From the NCBI RefSeq assembly GCF_021028975.2, contig NC_059430.1, forward strand, positions 120,962,001 through 121,026,000: 64,000 nucleotides of DNA. Reading direction: 5' to 3'. Both the position numbers and the translations under genes were made by a program. A model generated the notes under the pieces. It saw only the letters and a program-made list of their open reading frames with translations, was not told the origin of the DNA and made no database searches. Shown here piece after piece: positions 1 to 12,000 of the stretch; the stretch's first letter is position 1, and each line of letters opens with the position of its first letter. The DNA is from Sphaerodactylus townsendi. Lineage: Eukaryota.

Positions 1-91
1 AGCTCACTTCAGAACGATGCTCTGAATGGTGTGAATTGCCTCTCGTGATGTGACCCCACCCTGATGAGGCTCTCTCATTTGCCCCTGACAG

Positions 92-227
92 ACAGCACAT
101 GGACGATGAAGACTACCTGGGCAGAACAGTTTGGTTGATTCCCATCACATTCCTAACCATTGGCTATGGGGATGTGGTGCCGGTAACAGTGTGCGGCAAG
201 ATGGTGTGTTTGTTTACTGGTGTTATG
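92..227 (+). CDS. KCNN4: KCNN4 pore exon (TIGYGD selectivity filter)
   Basis: ctgacag| acceptor; [45 protein letters not shown]; |gtaagt donor. Confidence 0.95.
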
Positions 228-3200
228 GTAAGTAACTATGGTAACTATGGCAAGTAACTAAAATCCAATAACAATATTAAACGGTGTAAATATTATAATA
301 CATTTAAAGGTTGCATTTTTAAAAATATTTAAAGGCTGTGTTTAGGCCAAAATGTAATAAAAGACAAATTTGCAAAACAATAACAACCACCCAACCCGTG
401 CAAAATGTACAAAAACAAATGTACACACATACAACCCCCCGCCCCACCCCGATACAGTGGAGGCATTGAGACACCAGCTGGGGAAATATAAAATGTGAGA
501 AGCTGTCAAATTCCAAATATGATCGCATGCCATTCTCAAATGTTGTCAGCTATTCAACAGTGCTCCATGCCAACCACCTGGCCGACAAACAGCAACTATT
601 ATAGTCAAACCAGGAATGCAAATATCCCAAACTGAAATAAAGTATATTTAAGGTATCTTGTAGCTATTCAACATCCGTGTTCATCTGGGAAATGAATCCA
701 TTTCATCTCTGAGGCATCCTCAGCTCAGCCTCTGTAGTCGGCGTCTGTAGTCTCTTTCCTCAACCGTTTCTTACCCTTATTCTTGCAGCTGTTATATTTC
801 ATTTTATTGTTGGATATTGATATTTTAAGAAACTTATTGGTGTTCACTGCCTTGAAAAGTGGAAGGGCGGGGTTAAAATGTCTTGAAAATAAAATAAACG
901 CCTGGAGGTTTGTCACAGACTGTTCGTCTCCAAGAAAAGGTTGGAAATAGCACTGGTGACTAAATACTGGATGTAGAAACATGTATTTATTTAGAAAATT
1001 TGGAAGCCACCTCTCCAGAATCTGGGCAAAGCAGCATACAAGTAAAATAGTAAAACTATACCGACACATCCATAAAAGCCAGGGCATAAAAGCAGCAGAA
1101 AACTATCGAAGCTGTTTGAACAGCTATTACGAAAACGTTCCTCAGTCCCAAAGCAGACCATCAAACAGGGAACAGTCCCAGAATGAGAGCTCTTCACAGT
1201 TTTACAGTATGCAAGAACATTGTATGGAGGATTGTCAAGCATGACTGTAGTTCAGAGTCACACAAAACCATACAATGAATCATTCATTGAAAATGCTGGG
1301 GGGAAGAATTAGGACTAATAAAAGGAAACACTTCTTCACGCAACATGTGGTTGGTGTTTGGAATATGCTGCCACAGGAGGTGGTGATGGCCACTCACCTG
1401 GATAGCTTTAAAAAGGGCTTGGACAGATTTATGGAGGAGAAGTCGATCTCTGGCTACCAATCTTGATCCTCCTTGATCTGAGATTGCAAATGCCTTAGCA
1501 GACCAGGTGCTCAGGAGCAGCAGCCGCAGAAGGCCATTGCTTTCACATCCTGCACGTGAGCTCCCAAAGGCAACTGGTGGGCCATGGCGAGTAGCAGAGT
1601 GTTGGACTAGATGGACTCTGGTCTGATCCAGCAGGCTAGTTTTTATGTTCTTATACAGAAATCCGTGGTAAATTAGAGTCAGGCCAGGTAACAAATACAT
1701 CTGAAATCTTCGAAGAGCGAACTCGAAGGCGGTCCATGGAGAGTCTGTCCTTGAACCCAGCTAGTAGACCTTTACCGGGAGCCCAAGTTATAAGTGAACC
1801 TGGGTTGTGTGTGGGTAAATCTGCCCTGTATCGAGGCACCTGCTTTTGGAGGTTAAACAAATATCTGGAGCTCCAGCTGTATACATCAGGTGTAGCTTAA
1901 CCTTGAGACATTGCATGCGTACTGCATTCCGCGTATCTTATGGTTTTATCTTGCCCTTCCTCTGTGGAGCTTTGGGGAACAATATGGGTCTCCTTTCTCT
2001 ACTGCTCACAACAATGGGACTGGCATCAGTGTACCCTGAGGTGGGGCAGCTGCCAGGGCTCCTGGCAGGGCCTACTGCTGTCACCCCCCCCCCCCAATTC
2101 ACTTGCTGGTGCTTCTCTGTGCTGTCAGCTACGCCTATGCCACTGGGAAAGTAGCTGCAGGCAGTGGTGGGCATAGGGAGGGGGAGAAAATGCAGACTGG
2201 CAAGGAAAGGACACATAGATGGAGGGCATTTGGAAGGAAGGCAGGTGTGGGGGCTTGGGGATGGGTAGAAGCGGAGGTCATAGAGCAGGGGTCTTCAAAC
2301 TATGGCCCTCCAGATGTTCATAGACTACAATTCCCATGAGCCCTACCACTTGGCCATACTGGCAGGGGCTGATGGGAATTGTAGTCCATGAACATCTGGA
2401 GGGCCATAGTTTGAAGACCCCTGTTGTAGAGAATTCTCTGCCCAGAGTTTCCTAAAAACTGGTACTGGCCCCGACAGCCCTGAACAATAGGTGAGAATGT
2501 GGAACAGGCCAAAGGGCCACCAGTGAGTTTCAAGGCAAAACAAGGATTCAAACCTGCATCTCCCAGATCCAACACTCTTGCCATTGCCCCCTAGCAGCTC
2601 TCTCCTTCGTCCCCTTTTGTCTCCTCACTCTGCCTTCTGCTTGGTTCACACAGGGGGTCGGCTGTACTGCCCTTCTGGTGGCCGTGGCTGCTGATAAGCT
2701 GGAGTTCAACCGGGCCGAGAAGCACGTCCACAACTTCATGATGGACATCCGGTGCAGCAAAGAGGTAACCGGACCGTTGGCCTTGACTGTCGCGGGGAGG
2801 AGGTTGGTCTGCATGCTGAAGGTCCCAACTTCAGTCTCCTTCATCTCCAGTAAAAGGGATTCCAGGCCACAAGATGTTAGGTCTTGGTCCTGTAGTCAAT
2901 AGGCACGAGGCTAGGTGGGAATGCCCTTTGTCTGCCCAAGATCCTGGGGCACTGCTGTCATTCAGAAAAGGCTATTCTGAGCTCGATGGGCCTCTGACCT
3001 CACTCAGTATAAGGTTGCTATGCTGACTTTCAGGTATCTCGCCCCCCGAAGAGATAGAAAAAGTGCAGAGAAGGGCAACGAGGATGATTGAGGGACTGGA
3101 GCACCTTCCTTATGAGGAGAGGCTGCAGCGTTTGGGACTCTTTAGTTTGGAGAGGAGGTGGCTGAGGGGGGATATGATTGAAGTCTATAAAATTAGGCAT

Positions 3201-6200
3201 GGGGTAGAAAATGTTGACAGAGAGAAATTTTTCTCTCTTTCTCACAATACTAGAACCAGGGGGCATTAATTGACAATGCTAGGGGGAAGAATTAGGACTA
3301 ATAAAAGGAAACACTTCTTCACGCAACGTGTGATTGGTGTTTGGAATATGCTGCCACAGGAGGTGGTGATGGCCACTAACCTGGATAGCTTTAAAAGGGG
3401 CTTGGATAGATTTATGGAGGAGAAGTCAATCTATGGTTCCCAATCTTGATCCTCCTTGATCTGAGATTGCAAATGCCTTAGCAGACCAGGTGCTCAGGAG
3501 CAGCAGCAACAGCAGAAGGCCATTGCTTTCACCTCCTGCACGTGAGCTCCCAAAGGCACCTGGTGGGCCACTGCGAGTAGCAGAGTGCTGGACTAGATGG
3601 ACTCTGGTCTGATCCAGCAGGCTAGTTCTTATGTTCTTAAGTCTCTCACTGGTTGCCAGGTTGGGCAACCCTAGAAAATGGATCCAACAGTGGCTACTGA
3701 CGCTGGTGACTAAAGGGAACTTCCATATACAGCGGCAGCAGACTTCTGAATCCCCAGCGCCAAGAGGCAACATCAGGGGAAGGCCTTGGCCTCTTATGCG
3801 CTGCTTGTTGGTCCTCCAGAATAACTGGTGGGCCGCTTTGTGAGACAGGATGCTGGACTAGATGGACCACTGGACTGCTCCAACAAAGGTCTTCTTTATG
3901 TTCTTAAATCTCAGCTGTGGAGATGAAAAAAAGAACCTCCACATTCAGGGGCAGTTAACCCCTGAATCCCAGTGCTAGGAGGCAACATCAAGAGAAGGCC
4001 TTGATTTTTATGCCCAGTTTGTTGGCCCTCCAGGACAATGGGTCGGCCACTGGGTGAGACAGGACCCTGGACTAGATGAGCCACTGATCTGATCCAGCTT
4101 GTGTTCTCTTCCAGATGAAATGTTCAGCTGCCAATGTGCTGCAGGAGGCTTGGTTGCTATACAAGCACACGAAGAGGAAGGATGGGCGAAGAGCGCGCCA
4201 ACACCATCGAAAACTGCTGTCGGCCATCTGCACGTAAGTGAGCCCTATGCACCCTGTGGCATACAGGGTGGATTCCAGAGTCCAGCTCCTTTTCCTGGGA
4301 GTGCCCGGTGGTTACAGCAAAAAAGGAAGGGCGATTTGTTAGCTGACTGGTTTGTTGGACCCCTGCAGTGTAGATAGGAGAGCTGGCACGGGGCACGTTT
4401 GTGGCCCAACTGTGCTAGTTAGCATAGCCCGGCCCAGAACTACTGAAAGACTTTAGAGATGGGATATACGGAGAGAGAAAAATGTCATCGATACGTCAAC
4501 TCCACTTCCTCTGAAAACCTGGAAGTGACATCACAGGCACTCTAGGATTTCACTGATCTCATATGCGGTTGGTGTGGTACCTGTAGGCAAGTCATCAATC
4601 CAGAGTCACTCCATCTTGATTTCAAGGACACAACCACATCTAGGAAAGCCTGGTTCTAGAGCAGGGGTCTGCAACCTGTGGCTCTCCAGATGTTCATGGA
4701 CTACAATTCCCATCAGTTCCTGCCCTGTGGCTCTCCATATGTTCATGGACTACAATTCCCATCAGCTGGCAGGGACTGATGGGAATTGTAGTCCTTGAAC
4801 ATCTGGAGAGCCACAGGTTGCAGACCCCTGTTCTAGAGTACCTTTGCCAGTAGTCGCACTAGACAAATTAAATGTTTTTGGTGTGTGTGTGGGGGGGTTC
4901 CTTTTCTAAGGAGACGACTGGAAGGATATTCATGCCAAGATTTTTGCGGATTCAACCAAAAGGTGGCCAAAGGGCAACTCCCCACCCCCCACCCCTCTTG
5001 GCAAAGCATGCTTATTGGCAAAAGGCAAATTTCAAAGCATGCAAGTGCTTTGCTAGCAAACAATACGACATGGAAATCATTTGAGAGTCATTAACCCAGG
5101 CAATGACCTTGGATATATGACCTTGGTACAAGGAAAGGTTTTGATACATAGGAAGGTTTGCTGAATTTTGTTTACGTATAGTGAGTGCCCTTCCCATACT
5201 GGTAGTTCCTAGGGTTTCCTGAGAAAGGTGCATGGGTCACGGCAGTATACAATTTAACTATTGTATTGTCGAAGGCTTTCACGGCCGGAATCACTTGGGT
5301 GCTGTGTGGTTTCCGGGCTGTATGGCCGTGTTCTAGCAGCATTCTCTCCTGACGTTTCGCCTGCATCTGTGGCTGGCATCTTCAGAGGATCCTCTTTAAA
5401 GGTAGAGGATCCTCTTTAAAGGTAAAGAGGATCCTCTTTAAAGGTAGAGAGAAGTGAAGAGGAGACTCTTTAAAGGTAGAGAGAAGTGAAGAATAAAATC
5501 CACCTCTTCTTGTTCTGGATTATGGATTGTATTATTTCATGCCGGCAGATAATATAAGGGCTCTCTAGGTTTGCCGGTCTCTAGGTGGGGCATGAAGAAC
5601 TTCTGGAATCACAACGAGACTTTTGGTCATTTGGCCATACAGCCCGGAAACCACACAGCACCCAAATGTAGCTATTAATTTGTACTGTTGTTGCATTTGG
5701 GAGGGAAGAAACACCTCGCAGCGCTAGATAGTCGGGGGTTCTAACTCTTACCTTCCTTTCAGGTTCCGGCAAGTTCGGGTGAAACACCGGGGGATTCGTG
5801 ATCAAGTGAATGCAATGGTGGATGTTTCGAAGGTGAGTCAGTCTACTGTGCCTAGCAGGTGGAGGGTTCACAAAGAATCCGGGAGGGGGGATGTCAGCAG
5901 TGGCATAGTGGTGAAGAGCAGGTGTACTCTAATCTGGAGGAATCCGGTTCGATTCCCTGCTCTGCTGCCTGAGCTGTGGAGGCTTATCTGGGGAATTCAG
6001 ATTATCCTCTGCACTCCAACACACACCAGCTGGGTGACCTTGGGCTAGTCACAGTTCTTCTGAGCTCTCAGCCCCACCTATTTCACAAGGTACTTGTTGG
6101 GAATGGTGGGGAAGGGAAGGAGTCTGCAAACCACTTTGAGACTATTTAAAGGTAGAGAGAAGTGAAGAATAGAAGCCACCTCTTCTTGTTCTGGATTATG

Positions 6201-7578
6201 GATTGTATTATTTCATGCCGGCAGATAATATAAGGGCTCTCTAGGTTTGCCGGTCTCTTGGTGGGGCACGAAGAACTTCTGGAATCACAACGAGACTTTT
6301 GGTCATATGAGTTGCAAGAGACTCCCATGGCTGCCTCACCAGAAACTAAATCTGGGGTATTTCCCCTTTGGGAGACCCTTCTGTAGAATGTGTCATTCCA
6401 CTTCACTCTTTGGACCCACAAGAATCCCCTCTGCTCCACCGTTCTCTCATCCCTCAAGTTGGGCACCTTCTATGCAGGGATCTATCCCCCCAATTTGGAC
6501 ACCAGTCCCCTGCAAGTAAAAGGGAAACACCCTAACAATGTTATGCCCAACCTGCGTGCAAGTTACCTGCCTCCTGTTTTGTCCCCTTTCACTCCATACG
6601 CAGCTCATTTTTCAAGGGCAAAGCTCTGAAGTGGCTGCAGTCTGTCTGTCCCTTTGGTTGCTTCACCTGTGTCCACCTTGGGGGGGTGGAGCTAAGTTTT
6701 GCGGAAGAAGCAGCAGAGCTAAATTCCGTATCTCCCTTTTTTATCCTACTGCTCCCAAACTTCCATTTTTCCATTCCGCAAGGAGCCAACAGTGGATGGC
6801 TGTGTGGTGTGGAAGTTCAAATGCGGAATGCTCGGACCTTCCACCAAACTATAGTTCCCCAACTGCTTGGGCAGGATCGGAGATACGTATGCTCAAGGAG
6901 TTGGGAAATTATAGTTAGCTGAAAGGGCTGAGCGTTCTCCTTTTAAGTATCCAGGCAGCACATATTGGAAACGTGGCTAAGCCCCAAGTACTTCCTCACA
7001 CCTCTCTCGAGCAGGAGCAGCAGTGGTGTAGTGATTAAGGGCAGGTGTACTCTAATCTGGAGGAATCCGGTTCGATTCCCCGCTCTTCCGCTTGAGCTGT
7101 GGAGGCTTATCTGGGGAATTCAGATTAGCCTGTGCACTCCTACACACCTTGGGCTAGTCACAGTTCTTCTGAGCTCTCTCAGCCCCACCTACCTCACAGG
7201 GTGTTTGTTGTGAGGGGGGGAAGGGCAAGGAATTTGGAAGCCCCTTTGAGTCCTACAGGAGAGAAAGGAGGGATATAAATCCAACTCTTCTTCTTCGAGA
7301 GCTAGTGGCCAGCTTTGGCTACACTATGGGCTCCCTCCAGCCCTTTCTCATCTTTGGGGCAACAGAGAGACCAGACCTGGTGTTAATTGGCCAATTGTCA
7401 CCTTCCCTGACAGATGCAAATGATCATGTATGACCTCAGCTCCAGCCTTAGCAACTCTCACCGGGAGCTGGAGAAGCGGATCGAGGCCTTGGACAGCAAA
7501 CTGGATGAGACCATGAAGCTGCTCTCAGCCCTTGTGGAGTCCAAGCAGCAGCAGCAGCAGCAGCAGGAGGCCCCGTGA
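92..7578 (+). CDS. KCNN4: KCa3.1/SK4 intermediate-conductance Ca2+-activated K+ channel, 3' part (5 coding exons; 5' exons lie outside the window)
   Basis: GT-AG exons 92-227, 2654-2764, 4115-4233, 5763-5832 and 7414-7578 splice in frame. They give the pore ([17 protein letters not shown]), S6 ([11 protein letters not shown]), the CaM-binding domain ([11 protein letters not shown]...AANVLQEAW...FRQVRVKHR) and the C-terminal coiled coil. Synteny with SMG9 supports the call. Confidence 0.96.
1282..1652 (+). mobile_element. CR1 LINE 3' fragment
   Basis: RT C-terminus ([21 protein letters not shown]...[10 protein letters not shown]) plus 3'UTR ending ttatgttctta; near-identical copies elsewhere in the window. 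Confidence 0.85.
2654..2764 (+). CDS. KCNN4: KCNN4 S6 / start of CaM-binding domain exon
   Basis: [37 protein letters not shown]; 111 nt, AG/GT flanked. Confidence 0.95.
3031..3638 (+). mobile_element. CR1 LINE 3' fragment
   Basis: [42 protein letters not shown], plus the same 3'UTR. Confidence 0.9.
4115..4233 (+). CDS. KCNN4: KCNN4 CaM-binding domain exon
   Basis: [39 protein letters not shown]; ccag| acceptor and |gtaagt donor. Confidence 0.95.
4662..4830. mobile_element. Palindromic hAT (Charlie-like) MITE
   Basis: TIRs cagggg...cccctg; perfect 8-bp TSD ttctagag. Related copies at 2287-2423, 18329-18467, 20910-21011, 39305-39428, 47015-47160, 47988-48121 and 57772-57919; partial copies at 10469, 13924, 17171, 32774 and 42638. 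Confidence 0.88.
5262..5663. mobile_element. Penelope-like terminal-repeat fragment (inverted halves)
   Basis: gaaggctttcacggccgg...gacgtttcgcctgcatctgtggctggcatcttcagagg; related copies at ~11250-11450, 24515-24640, 31830-32090 and 55917-56070. Confidence 0.7.
5348..5388 (-). ncRNA. Minimal type I hammerhead ribozyme motif within the Penelope relic
   Basis: Minus strand reads CCU-CUGAAGA-U-GCC(agccacagaugca)GGC-GAAAC-GUC-AGG: both catalytic-core boxes, stem I, stem II and a GUC cleavage triplet. Confidence 0.6.
5763..5832 (+). CDS. KCNN4: KCNN4 exon containing the His358 equivalent
   Basis: [23 protein letters not shown]; 70 nt; ttcag| acceptor and |gtgagt donor. Confidence 0.95.
7013..7295 (+). 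mobile_element. tRNA-derived squamate SINE (representative copy)
   Basis: A/B-box-like head (agtggtgtagtg...ggttcgattccc) and (CTT)n tail. Other copies at ~5896-6145, 7747-8046, 9135-9415(-), 10656-10940, 17486-17786(-), 19370-19663, 27253-27550, 39574-39860, 54628-54942 and 60138-60350(-). Confidence 0.85.
7414..7578 (+). CDS. KCNN4: KCNN4 terminal coding exon (coiled coil, Q7, stop)
   Basis: [54 protein letters not shown]; a possible 3'UTR donor follows 7604. Confidence 0.93.
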   Translation: MQMIMYDLSSSLSNSHRELEKRIEALDSKLDETMKLLSALVESKQQQQQQQEAP

Positions 7579-8141
7579 CCCCCCACAACAGCAAGGCCAA
7601 CAAGGTACGGGCAACTCCAAGAGCTTTGTGGTAATTCCTCTGATTGGTTCAGATTCTGCAACCAGGAACGGCCAAATCCCACAATTGGAATGAACATTTC
7701 AGTAAATAGCCCAAACCAACTAACTCTGCCATATTGGGTAAACTGAGAGCCAACGTAGTATAGCGGTTTGGAGTGGCAGACGCTAATCTGGAGAACCGGG
7801 TTTTGTTCCCCACTCCTCCACATGAGCGGTGGACTGTAATCTGGTGAGCTGGATTTGTTTCCCCACTCCTACACATGAAGCCTGCTGGGCAATCTTGGGC
7901 TAGTCACAGTTCTTTGGAACTGTCTCAGCTCCACCTACCTCAGAAGGTGCCTATTGTGGGGAGAGGAAGGGAAAGGAGTTCTTAAGACGTCTTGAGTCTT
8001 CTTACAGCTGAGAAAAGTGGGGTATAAATCCAAGCTCCTCTTCTTCTAAACCTCAAATGGTGTGTGTGTATGTTTGTGTGTGTGTGAAGGTGAAGAGTTA
8101 GGAGAGACTGGAGTTCAAGATGCACAACGCATTGTTTTATA

Positions 8142-9060
8142 CAGTGGAACCTCGGTTTTCATTGCCTTCGGTTTTCATCGATTTTTTCAGTGAAAAATTT
8201 GCCTCAGTTTTCATCGATTTGCCTCGGTTTTCATCGATTTACAGTAAGGTGCAGGGGTTTGTGGAGAAAAATCGCCCGGACAAAGCTGTTGCAGGCCATT
8301 TCTGCCACTTGTTTAATGACAATTTCTTGCCCCATTTCAGACAAATCTTAAAGAGGCGTCAGAAACAGACCTCTTTGGACAGCTTACTGGTGCGACATTG
8401 GCCCACTGGCTCTGAAGCTGGTCCTAGAGTTATTGTCTGTTACTGTTTTCAGCATTAAACGCTATGTTTATTCAACCAAAAATGTGTTTTTGGCATGTTT
8501 TTTGGAGTCACAAAATAAACACAAACAGGTGTGCGGCGTCAAACTAATTAACCCAGGAAATAGCGCAGCACACCGGCTGGTTGGTAGTGAAAACGTCAAC
8601 AATTATAGTCAAATAAATAATCTACTATAGTCTCAAAACTCAGATGTATCTTATTGACATAGGTTCTTAAACTGTTAGTACAATTTTACATAGCAATGTG
8701 CTGAAATGCATCACAAATCCTAAACATAAAGAGGTAATGGTTCATAAGAAGCTAAATTCCTTATTCAGTGCTATATAGCTAAACCAGCAGAAAGCAAACC
8801 GTTTGCTATGTAAAATTGTACTAACAGTTTAAGAACCTATGTCAATAAGATACATCTGAGTTGTGAGACTATAGATTATTTATTTGACTATAATTGTTGA
8901 CATTATCACCACCAGCCAGCCGATGTTTTTTGAAGTGCCTAGAACGGATGAATTGGATTTACATTGATTCCTATGGAAAAGTTTGCCTCGGTTTTCATCG
9001 GTTTGGTTTTCACTCGATTCTTTTTAGGATGGATTACCAGCTGAAGCCGAGGGTTCGCTG
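8142..9060 (+). mobile_element. Tigger/pogo-type non-autonomous DNA transposon with an internal insertion
   Basis: TA-cagtggaacctcggtttt...-TA termini; transposase C-terminal remnant (..FRQILKRRQKQTSLDSLL); an uninterrupted sibling lies at 20002-20476. Confidence 0.8.
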
Positions 9061-12000
9061 TATTCACTTTTCTCCCCTATGGAAGCCCCAAAGCAACACA
9101 CCACAACCCCCCCTTCTGTTCTCTTGGCCGGGTTAAGAAGAAGAGTTTGGATTTATATCCCCTTTCTCTCCTGCGAAGCTCAAAGGGGCTTACAATCTCT
9201 TGCCTTCCCCTCACAACAAACACCATGAGGTGGGTGGAGACCTGAGAGGCGAGAAGCTGTGACTGGCCCAAAAGGTCACCCAGCTGGGCGTGTGTGGGAG
9301 TGCACAGGCTAATCCTGAATCCCCAAGCCTCCACAGCTCAGGCGGCAGAGCTGGGAATCAAACCCGGTTCCTCCAGATTAGATACACGAGCTCTTAACCT
9401 CCCATGCCACTGCTGTTCCGCCACTGTTAAGCTGAGAGGACTCAGCAAATTCCCCAGCAAGGTTTTTGGCAAAATGAGAACTTGAACCCATCTCCCAGGA
9501 TCCCAGTGTGACATTTTACCCACTCTGCCCCACTGGCTGCACTAAGTGAAAAGGCGAAGAACCCAGTGGAAAGTAGAAAGGGTACGCCCACTTCTCAAAG
9601 ATAAATGTCATGGTATCCAGTGTTTTAAGATCTCCGCATTGTCCCATTCCATCAGACCACACTCCGCCCAAAATGATTCCTTGCTGTGGCCAGGACAGTC
9701 TTGCTAACAGCTAAGAAAACATTATTTTGTACTGAGGGGAGCCAGGATTTTTGTGGCCAATTGCGGTTTCGCCGACTAATCGTTTATGGCACTTAGCAGC
9801 AAACAACAAACTTATAAGCAACACATTTCAATAACAAAGGCAAGGCCAAAACAGAGGTTGTTTGGGGCCCAAGCGTAATGATTTCTCCTGTCGATTTTAC
9901 AATGGCAATTTGTTCCAACGGCGCTTCCCGGTTTGGAGAGTATGGGAGCGAAAAGCAGGTTGCAGATTGTCTAAGCGACCCCCTTGGTTGCTGGTTCTGG
10001 AATCATCTTTGTGTTTGTTGGATTGAGTTGTGGGATATGTGTTACATTCTGCTGGGTTCGTTTCAGAGTCCCAAGAGAAATGTCAGATGTTGTGACTTCT
10101 CCGGATTGCAAGCCTTCTCCTCTTTTGTGAAAGCTACTCTTCTTGTGTGTTCCCCCCCCGGCCCGAGAGGGGTCATGACTCAGTTGCACAGCGCCTGCTT
10201 GACATACCGAAGGTCTCAAGTTCGAACCCTGGCATCTCCACTTAAAGGGATCAAGTAGCTGCCAGTCTGAGTATTGACCACGATGGACCAAAGGTCTGAC
10301 TCAGCTTCCCATGTGACCTCTACTGTATTGTGTGCCATGGCCTGGAAGGGAACCAATAAGTTTGGCTTAGCTGACATGGCCTGTTCCTTTATTCCCAGGT
10401 GCCTCTCAGTCTTCTGCACGGAGGCCAGAAGTATACTTTTGACACCCACCCTGCCTGCTCATGCTAGTCCATGGGTCGGCAACCTGTGGCTCTCCAGATG
10501 TTCATGGACTATAATGCCCATCAGCCCCTGCAGACCCCTAGCCTCTCACAACATTCTCACTGGTGCCAGCTTTTCTTGCAGTAGGGCACAGATTCTCAAA
10601 TCTAGCCAGATTGCGCCAGTACAAACTGCTACTGCTAAGAGCAGCGACTACTAGAACAGCAATTAGTAGCGGCTGGAAACAAGTGCACTCCTGATCTCTG
10701 GAGGAACCGGGTTTGATTCCCAGCTCTGCTGCTTGAGTTGTGAAGAATTCAGATTAGCCTATGCACTCCCACACACGCCAGATGGGTGACCTTGGGCTAG
10801 TCACAGCTTCTTGGAGCTCTCTCAGCCCCACCCAGCTCACAGGGTGTTTGTTGTGAGGGGGGAAGGGTAAGGAGATTGTAAGCCCCTTTGAGTCTCCTAT
10901 AGGAGAGAAAGGGGGGATATAAATCCAAACTCTTCTTCTTCAACTATGGTTTGCATTGCACTTTTGTGTCTTGGGTTCCTTCTTTACTGCCTGGCTAGGA
11001 TGTAAGGGTCAGGGTTATTCATTCCCACTTGTATCTGACACAAGGAGCTTTGACTCTTAAAGGTCTATACTCTAAAAACCCTGTCAGACTCTAAGGTGCT
11101 ACTGCTCTCGAATCATCTACCGCTGCCCAAATCTTCTACTGCAGACCAAAAGTAACACCATCTGAAATGCTCCAAACCCTGAGTAGATGCAGTAAAGTGT
11201 GAGCAGGAGTTTTCATTTCCTATGAATTTTTTTAAAATAGTTCATCACCTTGGGGTGTTGTGTGGCTTCCGGGCTGTATGGCTCTGTTGTAGTAGCATTT
11301 TTTCCCCGACGTTTCGCCTGCATCTGTGGCTGGCATCTTCAGAGGATCCTCGGAAGCCACACAGATGAAGGCGAAATGTCAGAAAATGCTACTAGAACCT
11401 GCGCCCATATACAACCGACCTAACACTAGTGTCTGGCCGTGAAAGTCTTCATTGAGTTCCTCATCACCTTGATTGAAAGTTGCTCAAACCAGCAGGGAAA
11501 ATAAATGGGGTTTTTTGGAGGGGGGGGCAGAGAATAGCCAAGAAAGCTGCCCCTTAGGTGAAGAGCAGCTATTTTTAGCACGAGTGTGACTTCTGCCTTC
11601 TTCTCCTTTCCAGCTATCAACCGAGATAATTTTTGATCTCAGGAGTTTGGACCATCCGCCCAGCAAGGAAGCTTCAGGCCAAAAGACTTTTTATGATGGA
11701 CTTTGTGGTAGAGTGGAGGGTAGGAAAATGAATGGACTCTACTCCCACCTTGTGGCAGAGGTGAATCACTACAGGTTTTTCCAAAAATTTTTTTTAAAAA
11801 AACAAGCTTCTTTAACATACTGCAAATAGATTGAAAAGGACGGCAAAAGCAGCGCTTGGGACTTTTGACTCTGTGTTGAAAGCTTCAGAATGCACGTCCA
11901 GAGATCGACGGCATCTTGCAAGAAGCATTCTGGATGCAGACCAGAAGATGGAACGTTCACTTTGCCCCACACTTTGGGAGGGTTTCAGTTTTAAATTATG

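Noticed and set aside
5385-5480. Short direct repeats resembling a CRISPR array
   Set aside because: Eukaryotic intron, no unique spacers and no cas genes; the pattern is replication or repair stutter
7013-7090. tRNA genes
   Set aside because: The A/B-box-like heads belong to multi-copy SINEs and do not form complete cloverleaves
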